Of a stretch of 64,000 nt of DNA, positions 38,302 through 50,876 are shown piece by piece (positions within the stretch are counted from its first letter, which is position 1; each line of letters opens with the position of its first letter). Source of the DNA: Antedon mediterranea. Taxonomy: Eukaryota > Animalia > Echinodermata. The stretch is from the NCBI RefSeq assembly GCF_964355755.1, contig NC_092675.1, positions 24,524,912 through 24,588,911 on the forward strand, written 5' to 3'. The notes beneath the pieces were generated by a model that made no database searches, was not told the DNA's origin, and worked only from the letters and a program-made list of their open reading frames with translations. A program made the translations under genes and the position numbers.

Positions 38302-39664
38302 TTTATTCATGAATCTACACCATAGAAAACTAATTGAAGTTACTATACATGGTTCTGAGATTTGAGATTCAATTCATTAAAATATATATGAATTGTAAAC
38401 AAAACCAATCTGGCCATGTTGTTTTACGTGGCTGATTTTAAAAAAGTATGTGAAAAAATGTGTAAAAACAATTTACAAAAATAGCAGTAAGCACCTCTTA
38501 CAATCTTAATTAGTGTAAGTAAATCTTAACACATTTTATTTAAATTTTTATTACCTAAAATGTCAATAGAGAGTGTTTTTTTACCTCATAGGGGCTCAGC
38601 GAGTACAATCAAAACGAATACGAGGAATTTATTAAGCATTAGGTCAGAGAATGTTGACTGACTACAAGTTTACTGATCAGTGTATGCATCACATGATGCA
38701 TATAAATTAATTTTAGATACAGAATTAAAATTAACTGTGCACACCATGGAATTAAAATACTTGGTACATCCTGTCAGTAATCTTACATCCTGTTAATGTT
38801 CAAGTGTTTTACAGTGAGTGAGCCAACAGTTTGTAATTTACTCAATATAAAAAATATTAAAAAGTAAATAAATTAACAACCATAAAGAGTGACAGTTTAG
38901 GTTTTTATTGAAAAATGTCATCATTTGCAGTTAATATTACAAGTTTATTGAAAATGAATAAAGGCCTTTTTATACAACGAACGATAAAGTGAAAAATACA
39001 TTTATTTAGAAAGATAACAAAATTAGAAAAGTTCTTTGAACTACTGTATAGAAGAGAATGATAGTATTCCTCTTACTAATCATGATTGGACTTGTGAAAT
39101 ATAATTTTTATCAAAGATAGCATAAATGATTATCCTAATAGTTTTAGATGAAAATGTTATCTTTTTCTGTAGGAAAATGTATGTTTATTATCTATCGTCG
39201 ATTCTTATCATCCTAGTATAAATGGACATTTGAAGTGTGTAAAAGCTTAGTTTGAACCTGCATGTACTACAATGTATATCCTGTGGCTTAACAAGTTCAA
39301 AGTGCAATTGGATACAAAGGATGTCTTGACTAAACAACAAGTATTATTTACCAGGATGTAAACAACTAAGTTGTATGTATGACATACCATATGAAGAGCA
39401 AAACAGAATCCTGTAAATTATATGAACAATTTGTACATTAAGCTTTATTGTATGAGTCATTCATTACTCCATGGTCATTCAAAGGTGATTGACACGGATA
39501 ACAAATACTGTACAGTATAATATAATATAAACAAAGGGTAGTATAGACACAGTTCCTGTTTACAAAGCAGTATTATTCTACAATGCACATTAATATGGAC
39601 TTCATTCCAATTCTTTGAAAAACAAACACAAACAATAAAATAGAATAAATAACAGAACAGTATG

Positions 39665-39932
39665 TGGCGAGTGAGTGGCTGAGCGGTTAAGACAGTGGAA
39701 CTGTAGTACATAGTCATAACATGGGCAAGGGGGCGAGGCTCACTCGCTCCATGGTTCTGTCTTCTCGGATAAGGACTATAAACTGCAGTCCAGTGTACAT
39801 ATATTGCTCATTTGCACTAAACCTAGTTTTTTTTTTAGATGAGTAGGGGGGTTATCCCTGTGTACTAGTACCCACACACACGCGCAGCCATTGTCGCATA
39901 ACTGAAGAGGTCACCTAGTATAAGGAATAAAT
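39665..39932 (+). mobile_element. tRNA-derived Deu/Nin-type SINE, diverged copy
   Basis: gagtgagtggctgagcggttaagacagtgg...tctcggataaggactataaac...gagtaggggg...ctgaagaggtcacc; colinear with 51901-52215. Confidence 0.8.
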
Positions 39933-41569
39933 AATCTATTTTTGATAGCCTTTAATATTACACATTAGCACTCTCCTGGATCCGCCCCTGTGATCCATAA
40001 GCATATGTAGTAAGAATCGTTTGACAGAAGGCACAGACACTGTAACATTGCCAGTTTATCTTTTATTAAATGCTTATAAATTTTTTTCTTTTTATACTAC
40101 ATGCATGAAAAGGATGTAAAATTGGATGAAGAGTTGTATTGTCTTTGGTAATGAGTTATTTATCATACTGTATAGGCTATTGTTTTGGATGTATAAATAA
40201 CATTTGGTAGAAAGCATTCACATCTCTGCAATCAAGCTTTTAAAAGCTACTGTTCAAATTATTTTACTATGAAAATTACTGGTCCCTGTCCTGTATCTGG
40301 CAGTAAACTATTTTTTGTGTACATTATTATATAGATCCGTATATTTACAAAATAGAAAATCATATGGCAAATTATTATCGAAAGTGACTGAATATCAATA
40401 TAAGTAAAACCTTTATTAAAACATACCAAGTGGTATCATAACAACAACTATAATGTTTGTTTACCTTGAAGTAGCATTGAGTCAGGGAGCGAAGTTAATA
40501 ATTGTTCAGATGTTTGTCCTACTCTGACGTCATTGTACTTTATACTAATTATTTCAGTATGCATTGCCATATATAGAAAGATACAGCACAGAGACCAGTA
40601 CTTTGCTTATACAATAATTGTAACATAATGGTAGCTTTTAATCACACTCGGTATTCTCACATTTACTTAATAGTATAAAGTACATTCACCTCAAAGTAGG
40701 GCACAAATCTGATCAATCAAATGATGTTTGTCTGTAATATATCTACATCTAGGCCTATTGGGTTTATTCAATCAGTGGTTTATCAATTGAATAATCAAAA
40801 AGCACATCATGCCAGATGCTTGAAACTTAATTTTTTACAAAAGTTTTCAAATCGAATATGCCAATCAAGTTTTGCTATGCATCTAAATCTGTCTTCAAAG
40901 TTCAGTAAAGTCTGTTATGTTAGACCAGGGAAGAGCGAGATCTCACTTCCCCATGTTACAGATACAATATGAACACATATGTGTGGATATCCACTGCAAT
41001 CAAGATTAGTCTAATTGAACAACAAATGTATACTAAATTATATTAAAAATTAGACCAATTTAATTAAAATATTTTCTTATAAGTGTATAAATTGCAATAC
41101 ATGTTTACAAATTATATATATATATATATATACAATATCTATATTATTAATTTTAAATGAATGTGAAAATCTGTGAAAAAAACAAAATGTTTTATATGCT
41201 TTTATGCATTAGTCTAAGCTTAAAGTGTAGCTCCTGTCGCCATGGGTCCATGGAGGGCCTAATTCTCAATTTCCAGTTAATAGAAACCTTTACATAATGG
41301 GGCCCATATTGTTTACCACGTTATTAATGAAAGCTCCACTGTATATATTGATGACAATTTGCTTATTGTTATAAATGGACACAAATGTGAATATAAATGT
41401 AACAATGTCATACCTCCACACAGTTTAGTTACAACTGGCATCATTTTGTATACATGTTTCTTTAATTTTTTTTTTTTAGTAACTGCAAAATGACAGGAAA
41501 TAAAAAAGCTATTCAACCGGCCCTACTAAACACCACATGCACCAAATGCCGCACAATGCTATACCAAAA

Positions 41570-41705
41570 AGTACCACAAATTCCAGCTCAATACTACAAC
41601 TAATAAGGGAGGAGTAGTACTGTATAAATCGCACTTTTTACTCGATAGTCTCCAGATGGAAGGAGAAGATGAGAGAGTACTAGACTCGGGTACCCCAAGT
41701 AAAAA
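41570..41705 (-). mobile_element. Helentron/HINE-like family A, 5' fragment
   Basis: Reverse complement of ~4694-4820, including the actcgggtacccc hairpin. Confidence 0.7.
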
Positions 41706-41883
41706 ATATGATGTTGATTATTTAGGGGTTATGTTGATAAGAGTACTATTAGTACATAGGATTTAGAGTTAGGCATGTGTGGTACTATTTTGTTCAAGGC
41801 TTTCTTTAAAAATATCATATCAATATGGAGTTGAATACTTCATATTGCAATTCCACATAAACATGAGTCTGCAATCACACCAG

Positions 41884-44800
41884 TTACACATTTAAGATGT
41901 ACTTAACGCAGATATACAATATAAGAAATGCACTAAAAGACCATCTTGATAGTTCAATGCTACATCCAGAAGAATCTAAAAAGAAACAAATACAAAAGAG
42001 TTTTAATAACAATTAACCATTAATATGATTGGATGGTATTAATCTTCATCCAGGAAAAAAATCGTATACACGTATACACTGTAGTATAGTGAGAAATTAT
42101 GAAGAAGGTTAGTTGAAGTTAATATTAGTATTTATATGCAATGGTATGGGCCTCGGCATCAGATGCAATTGATGCAGGTTGTCTCTAGATGTGATACTAC
42201 ACAAGAATCGGTTGTGTGTTTACTAGATCGCTTTTGTACTGTACCTTTACAATATGCTAGAGCCTTCAGGTGTCACAGTCTGCTATATCAGAATCATAAA
42301 TCATAATAATAAATTTATGGTCTCTCTCCATAGTGGAATGCTGATTATTGATTTTATTGCATCACTGGTGTAGTAGTACCTCTATGGTTTTACCATTGTT
42401 CGATCAGAAGCCAGATTTACAAATATTGAATACACCCATGCTGTGTGCAATAGAAACAGTTTGGCTACTAATGTAAACTAAATGAATATACTTACCTATA
42501 TTTATTTCAAAACTTGTTGTACTCGACCCCAAGATGTTAGAAGCTGTACACGTAATTTTATCTTCGAAATTCTTATTAGAAATTTCCAGAGATGATGTCA
42601 CTGTACTTAAATTTGCATTTTGTGAGCTTATGCCTTGTAAATCACCAACTGATCCACCCCACTGAACACTTGCATATGGATATCCCTTTGCCGAACAATT
42701 AATCTGCGCACTTATCGTAGTGCCATCTTTAACATTTAGTTTAATATCTGATGACAATTCTATACGTGCTAAAGAGTAAAGAAACATAAAATAGTATAAT
42801 AAAGGCCTTTGCAATAAACCATCATTAAATTGTGGTTTGAAGTATCTATAGTTTGTATGAATTGTGCTTTTTGAAGTCATACAACTATGAGAAGTATTTT
42901 AACACATTATATCACTAATTGTTAATCAATTCTAATTTGCATATTTTCATAATTATTAGGGAGCTTTCAATTTGAGATGACCAAAGGTTGATGTATCATC
43001 GGTTATTGCCTGGATGAAATAGTAATAATGATGATGATAAAAATAATAAAGATCATATTCCATGTCAAAATTATTATTATTATTTTACTGCAGAAACTAC
43101 ATATTGTTTACTCTTCAATCTATTTATAAATGAGTAATATCCCAAAAAATATCTTAAATTAAAATTGAAAGATCAGTCATTACTTTGTAAATCAATCTGA
43201 CTCTCAACTTCAAGCGAACGATTATACTGGCCACAAACATATAAACCGCCATCTGATGCATCGCCATCTATTATGGTAAGTTCTGTACCAGCTAGATTTA
43301 CATCCATTTTTCCATCCCCATCGAGATGTTCTCCGATTACAACACCATTTTTTTTCCACACCACGGGTTCATTAAGAACGTCATCTATACTGTTGGTTAG
43401 TCTACAAGTAAGAGTGGTGTTTTGTCCGTTAGTGATACTTGCATCTCTTGGCACTATCCGTGCTATTGGAACTTTTAACAAAACAAAACATTAAATTAAT
43501 CATGATGAAATGATAAAAACAACATCAATATACTGTACTGTATACACTAGATTCTATATCCACTTTTCTGGAATGGTAAGCAGGGCCGTAGCCAGATATG
43601 ACTAGGTGGGGATCGGACACAAAGTATTTAAGCCACAATGTCTGGCTGATTTTGCTTTCAGAGCACTTTAGATTAAAATTCAAAACTGGCACATAATGGT
43701 AAATTTCTGATACTCATTCTACATAAGAATTTGATGCAAGACTAACAATGTCTTTCATTTACTATCTTTTTCAAAAGTGGCAATACCATTCACAAGACAT
43801 GATCACAAGATGCTCTACATGTTAACAACATAACATAATTCTTAAAAGTTTGTTTTTGTTTTTTTCTGACTGGATTTGCACCCAGGATTTGAACCCATTT
43901 GATATTATTGACAAAAAAAGAAAATTACCATCTTTAACGGTAAGGTCAGTCTGAGCAACAATGACTCCATTTCCCTGGCAATAATAAGTTGAAGTATCAT
44001 CCACTTGTGCGGATAATATCTGCAATGAACTAACTACCGCTGAAGGATCACTACGGTCAACAGTTAAACCATAGTCTCCACCATTTTCAAGTGGAGTTGC
44101 ACATGTAGACTCTAGACACCAACTAATATTATACGTTGTTGCTTCTACATTTGTACAACTGCAATCCAGAAATACGTCAATTCCGGGTCTCTCTATTGCA
44201 TTGTCTTGATTTATAACGCAAACTGACAAAAAAAAGTTTTAATTTGATTTTGGATTGAATCAGTACATTCAAATTAAAAACATGACAAAAAAATAACATG
44301 AATAAATTTAAATTTTAAAAACAAATAAAGTTTATGAAATTCTCATTGTACATTGCAAGATAAATAGTTATTCAATTAATCATTTTGATTTTGGTCATCA
44401 ACACAAAACCTACCGCTTCCATTTGAAATTGAATGTCAAAAATATAAATGAAAAAGAGCTGCTTTTCTTTAAAGCTCAGGTACAGGCATGGATTTTAAAT
44501 ATAATATCTGGTTTATTGTATATAAATCAAATATTTGTAATAGAAATCAAGACGAAAAAACATTAATTTCCCTTAAAATGGTCAAATACAAAATTTGGCA
44601 AAATTGCTGCTTTAAAAACCAGGAAGACTTAAGTTACTGTAGGTAGTTTAAACTAATGTAATAACATGTTTAGTGACTCCCTAGAAGGTGAAAAAAAGAG
44701 GGTGGATATACGGTGGATAATTTTTGCTATAGCATGAAAATAAAACTCTGAAGTTGAATCAAAATACTAGAATGTAAAATTCAAGTTATATTACCTATAT

Positions 44801-45144
44801 TTAGTCATCTGATAACATTTTTTACCACACCGTTTTTCATAGTTTTTTTTAAAAATACCTCTTTATTTACAACATTTGTGTACAAAAGAATAGAGATTTT
44901 ACTGTGATGTAATTTCAACTATCTGACTGACTGATGATAAGAAAGTGCTTATTTTCAACAAGCTGGTGTAACACAAATAAAATCCCAAAAATTATGAAAC
45001 ATAGGGGAAACTATAGATCGATAATCATTTTTTGCCCGCACCTGGCCATTAACACAAATCGTTTTTTTTTGTACATAATAAATAAATCTTACCTGCATGT
45101 GTGCCTTCTGCCACAATTAGCATAAGAGCTAGTACCCAAATCAT
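41884..45144 (-). CDS. Three-Ig-domain cell-surface protein, probably GPI-anchored (IgLON/lachesin-like architecture), 332 aa
   Basis: Exons 45144-45093 (signal peptide MIWVLALMLIVAEGTHA), 44222-43929 (Ig1, DDTSTYYC), 43471-43184 (Ig2, VVWKKNG...DGGLYVC), 42768-42496 (Ig3, CSAKGYP...CTASNILG), 41975-41884 (DSSG plus hydrophobic tail, stop). All introns phase 1; 999 nt. Confidence 0.88.
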
Positions 45145-46346
45145 TTCATAGATCGAAATTAGATTATCGATAATTTCTAAATAAGTATAAAACAGTATAA
45201 TTATTTTACAAAATTGTATCAATTATATCAATTTAAAGTAGCATAGTATAATGTATTCAAAGGCTGTAGTCCTATGTCTGGATTTTTTTTTTCAAATAGT
45301 CATACCCAGTGTTCTCCTGAAGCATGTTTTTAACAAGATTTGCCAAACAGAAATAGAAAAAACAAAAGGAATAAGATAAGTTCACATTGAAGCTATAAGA
45401 TTTGCAGATGCACACCAGAAAAATGAAAGAAAAGACGGAACGCGTGGTGATTGTCAAGCAAGAATACTAGGACTGAAAGTAAATTTAAAAAAAAAAAAAT
45501 ATAGAAAAACTGAATGTTATTGTTATCAGTTCACATACTTACTACTAGGTGCTGATAATGAAGAGTATGGTCCAACAAATTAATAGTAAAATAAATACTA
45601 TCTATCACAACAAACATTATTGTAACTAGATGGTTCGCGAATGTACAGTAATTTCAGCGTAAAAAAACTGGCGATTTCAAATGTACGTACCACAGGACTT
45701 TAGTACATTGTCGTTTACAGAAACGAATAAATAGACACAATGATACCATCGAGTAAACATTCTAGAAATAACGCGCGATTTACCAAATTTTGCCCTTACA
45801 TAAATTCATATAGATGACAACAGGGAGAGATAATAGACATATGGGCTTGAAAGGATACTGTATAGATGAGTTCAACTGTATACAAATATTCATTATTTAG
45901 ATTCATAATCACTGTAATAATAATGTTTTTAAATCATGCACAATTTACTTGAATGAATGATCAATGATACTTTTAAGTTATTACTGCGAAATTATTTATT
46001 TTTATTTTTACAGGTTAGCATACTGTAAGTTATATAAGCATCAAATTAAAATAGGAAGCTATATAGATAAGCTAAACAATCAAGTGTTATTGGCATTCTT
46101 GATCAAAACAGCCTTTTATTCCCATAAGCTAGTTGATCTGTTTGTAGTATAGAGCTTTCATTCATTCAAATTTTTACCACTGGTATTTGTATTCTGTATT
46201 CTTGCATTCCTGTGTACTGTAGTGTAAATGCATTTTTACTATGACTGTAAATCCTGTAGGTTTTATTATGTGCATTGTTTTCTAAAATAATAGTATAAGT
46301 ATCTGTTGCCTGAATAAATAATAATAATAAGTACAAAAATGTAAAC

Positions 46347-46485
46347 GGTCAGTCTTATTACCAAAAACAACCGAAATTAACCGAAAACAACCAAAAACAA
46401 CTATAAACAACCATAAACAACCAAAAACAACCGAAAACAAACTGAAAACAAACCGAAAACAAAATAATCTAAATACCGAAAAAAA
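46347..46485. repeat. 10-bp tandem array (aaaacaaccg)n, probable transposon terminus
   Basis: About 10 degenerate copies after cggtcagtcttatt; no partner arm found. Confidence 0.6.
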
Positions 46486-46750
46486 ATTTGTATAATATTT
46501 TTTTAATGTCACCCCTCTATTGATGGGTGTTTCTAAATCTAAGACCATAACAGAGAGAAAATCGTGTGTGCAAAAGCCAAGGAAGACCCTCCGATGGTAG
46601 TGTGCATAAAATACAACTAAAAATTATACAGTCAAGCAATGATAACATCGCATTTACTTACAGAATCTATAAAAATATTTTAATTTTAGTCGTGCGATTT
46701 TTGATCCAGAAACCAGCGCATTACTCCTCACAATAATTGTGAATACTTAA

Positions 46751-47381
46751 AGCCCCATTCCCTACGTTTTTTAGATCTAATTTAAGATCACAAACTATAT
46801 TTAATGTAAAAATAATACTATATGGTCCTATTGCGATAACTTTTTTCGTCTTTAAACGGTTAAAAATGTGAAAAATAAGTCGATTTTAATAATTATAGCG
46901 GCCCGCTATAAATCCCAAAATGCATTGCGCGCGGATTGATATTTTTGTTTTTCACCTGTAATTCGCCCACTTTTCGATCGATCGTGAGGCCAAAACAAAT
47001 AGAAGACTCCTAACTTTTCAGCGAAAATACCGGGTTTTCCCCAATTTGTATCAACGGAGTCTGGCAAAAATAGAAAGACAATTAATGCAGCAACTATACA
47101 ACGTCAGGCTAGGTATATAGCTAGCGTACGATGTTCGCACATTACCGATGTTTACCAGCTAGGCCTACAAAACTAAGCCTAGCCAGGCTAGGCCTAAGAC
47201 CGTCCACGAGAGGTCGATCGCCGCGAGCTACTTAACTTAGGTAGTGCATTGTTTCTCACTTTTTATCATAATTTACCATAAAACGTACATTTAAGACAAG
47301 GAATGACATGGTTTAATGTTTTTAAAGTGATATATATGTATTATTTTCCAAAAAAGGTCCAAAATTGCAGGGAAGGGGTCT
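46751..47381. mobile_element. Kolobok-like non-autonomous DNA transposon (second family)
   Basis: TTAA on both flanks; TIR agccccattccct / agggaaggggtct; CpG-rich interior. Confidence 0.75.
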
Positions 47382-47652
47382 TTAATCCATAGTATAGAAA
47401 GTAAATTGACTATGGTTATAAATCATGATCAATTTAATTATAGATTGTCAAAGATAATACAGTAATACAAAAATGATATTTTTTAAAATATTGATAATAC
47501 TAGGGACTATAAATTATACTTAAAACAAGCTCACTATAAAGTATTCACAATAAAATCTATTCAGTAAAATTACCATAGTCGAGTAAACAACCTAAGTGAC
47601 GAAAACTTTTTGAAAATTTTGAAACACTTTGTTCACATTCACCAATCACAAT

Positions 47653-47881
47653 TGTCGTATTCGATTTAGACTTTCAGTTTCACCGTTGAGTACAGTTTTT
47701 CTGTTGATAACTTCTTTAACGGAGTATTTTGTGCGTTGAGATTGTTCTTAACGAAAAAGCTTTCGTTGTCAACGTTTTCTATTCGAATGACTTTCTGTTG
47801 AGCACAAATTTACAATTCGAATACAAAAAGTACTCAACGAATCTTTACGTTGACAACGAAAGTTCCCAATCGAATACGACA
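47653..47881. mobile_element. Small TIR element with TG..CA ends
   Basis: 14-bp perfect TIR tgtcgtattcgatt / aatcgaatacgaca and internal inverted cgttgagtac / gtactcaacg; no TSD seen. Confidence 0.55.
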
Positions 47882-47904
47882 TATTTCAAGAAAATTCTGA
47901 AAGT

Positions 47905-48265
47905 ACTAGGCAGGCCTACTGTATTAAGCAGGCTAACACTTATTACTTGGACAGCAATGTTCAACCTTGTCTAACATTAGTAGAGTTAGTAATAGGCCTA
48001 GTTAAGTCACATCCTGGCTGAATTACTCACTGTGTAGCTAGTACTACTAGGCCTAGTAGTAGTAGGCCTAGGCCTACCTATCCCGCCTAGGCTAGTACTA
48101 GCCTAGGCCTAGGCCTAGGCCTAGTAGTAGGCTACGCGCGCCTAGGCTAGGCTAGGAGGCTATAAATGAACCGCCTACCTAGCCTAACTAGGCCTAGGCC
48201 TATAGTCTATTGAGAGAGAGGGGGCTTACTAGGCCTAAATACTTACTAGCTAGGTTAGGCCTAAC
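47905..48265. repeat. CTAG/AGGCCT-rich low-complexity tract
   Basis: Runs such as ctaggcctaggcctaggcctagtagtaggcta. Confidence 0.8.
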
Positions 48266-48400
48266 AATGAAATATACTTACAAATAAAACAAGACGATTT
48301 TCTGTATGTATTTTAAGTTAGGTGTGACTCAGTATGTGTTTGTTCTTGTTGTGTTTGTCGTACTCTCTGTGTGTGGCTTGTTAAAGTGACGTATGTCCGG

Positions 48401-50749
48401 ATGCTAGTCAAGTCGCCCCATCGCAAAGTCGCCCCATACAAAGTCGCCCCTTACACAGTCGCCCCATCGCAAAGTCGCCCCAAAACAAAGTCGCCCCGAC
48501 ATAGTCGCCCTATCGCAAAGTCGCCCCATCGCAAAGTCGCCCCAACGCAAAGTCGCTCCATCGCAAAGTCGCCCCATCACAAAGTCGCCCTATCGCAAAG
48601 TCGCCCCAAAACGTTAAAATATAGTTTACAAGTGCGTAAAATGTTGCAATGATACACAAAATAACACAGAACGTGTAGGCATAAAAGGGGAAGCCCCGCC
48701 ATGTAGTCTCAGGTGGTCACACGATCGGCACGCACCCCCATATCAGAGAGGAAGCCCCGACTAATCACTCCGCGGTCGCACTCCGCGGTCGCACTAACGT
48801 GCTAGCTTACCATGAGAGGGAAACCCCCGTAATTACTCCGCCGTTGCCTTTGTCGCACTCTACAACGCACCATCTGAAGATGGGGAAACCCCGCCGGAGT
48901 TTTACGATGATATCAGTCGCGTTCGAAATCGGTCGCGATAAAATGATGTTATACGATCTAGATTATTTTTACTTTGGTCGATGAATATTTATTATTATTA
49001 TTAGGCCTATATTAATAATTGATTTTTTATTTTATTTTACAGGTCAGTATTATGAGAAAGATGTGTGGCTTAAAAAATGACAATTTGTAAACATAGTTTA
49101 AGATATAGTATTATCCAGCATAATGTCATTTAACAGTACATACGTACTTATTTAAATGTGAAATATTTTATAGGAAACGTAGGCTACGTCTGTGTCTTTC
49201 ATTTTATATGCAACAAATTACGTAAAACAATTTATTTATAAACATTCAGTTTACTATTATATACATAGTATTACAGTGAACATTGATTGTAAGACTCCTG
49301 GAAAGGCAATCCCATCATTATATCCATTATAAAATTGCATCATATCACCACTATATGTCGTAAATGATAACGTGCGTGTGTGTATTTGTCGTACGTCCGT
49401 GTACGTATTATTCCGTGCCTCTTCACTGTCTTGTTTAATTTAAAATTAAATAAACACCCGATATGAGAGGATATTTATTAGGCATTATAATTAGAATGTT
49501 CTATAACCAAAAGGATTGAAAAGAATTTCTTCAGTAAAATGATCATTGTGCTGTTGAATAAAAGGCGACTCGCCATCTGAAACATTCTCTGAATCCAATC
49601 GGAGCTGCGCCTTCTGGTATCTGTTTCCTCACAGCTGCTACGTCTTTCTGCTGACCGTCGGGGATTCCCCTTTTTAAAAAACACGCACACGATACTGTAC
49701 GATGGTTTTTCCATGGTCAAAATGTCGCGTTTTAATTTTACTAATACCTGCATGTAAAACAATCACATCGGCGATGAAATCCCCTTTTTTTTCTTCATTT
49801 TGAAAAGTCATTATAAAATTAAGACACATAACTTGTCAATAAATGCAAAATGATCAATAAGTAGCCTATAACACTTATTGTCTTACAACACTGTTATTGT
49901 TTTAACTACTGTAAATCTATACGAAGGCCTACTACACATTTATACATTTATTATATTATCCTAAAAAATTAGCTGGTATCCACGCGTAGGTTGAAGAAAG
50001 ATTCGTAATTGTGGCTGTGGTAACTAATTTTAAAATCATATTAAATTAACATTTTCGAAACTATAAATCAGGGATAATCTTTTTAGGGACTATTTTTTAA
50101 ATGATTTTTAAAAAGCACATCACTCCATTAAAACCTGTAAAATAAAAATTTAAACACAAATTATGTATATAATAGGATAAACATTATAATGTATACGACA
50201 TTTAGCGCGACCAAAGTAACAACGCAATCGATATCAAACGCACCCAATATGATTAAAACCGATAAAAACTCCGGCGGGGTTTCCCCATCTTCAGATGGTG
50301 CGTTGTAGAGCGCGACAACGGCAACGGCGGAGTAATTACAGGGGTTTCCCTCTCATGGTGAGCTAGCACGTTAGTGCGACCGCGGAGTGATTAGTCGGGG
50401 GCTTCCTCTCTGATGGGGGTGCGTGCCGATCGTGTGACCTGAGACTACATGGCGGGGCTTCCCCTATGCCTACACGTTCTGTGTTATTTTGTGTATCATT
50501 GCAACATTTTACGCACTTGTAAACTATTTTTTAACGTTTTGGGGCGACTTTGCAATGGGGCGACTTTGCGTTGGGGCGACTTTGCGATGGGGCGACTTTG
50601 CGATGGGGCGACTTTGTAATGGGGCGACTTTGCGATGGGGCGACTGTGCCGGGGCGACTTTGTTTTGGGGCGACTTTGCGATGGGGCGACTGTGTAAGGG
50701 GCGACTTTGTATGGGGCGACTTTGCGATGGGGCGACTTGACTGGATCCC
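48401..50749. mobile_element. MULE/foldback-like DNA transposon derivative with ~500-bp TIRs
   Basis: Arms ~48406-48903 and ~50264-50742 are high-identity inverted repeats, each with ~12 copies of a 16-bp unit aaagtcgccccatcgc at its outer end; TGTCCGG on both flanks (48394-48400, 50750-50756); no intact transposase. Confidence 0.85.
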
Positions 50750-50876
50750 TGTCCGGTATATCCGTTTCAACAATTTAATAAACGGTGGTCACGTGGACAC
50801 GAGGAAGGGAATTCCCCCAAACTGGCTTATAGAGGTACGTGTGTGTGTAGGCCTCTATCTAGTCTCGTCGTCGATT

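Noticed and set aside
48371-48652. Repetitive ORFs (KSPHRKVAP / WGDFAMGRLC) here and at 50489-50773
   Set aside because: They are translations of the 16-bp TIR tandem repeat, not genes; the 50550-51068 ORF is real only from 50877.
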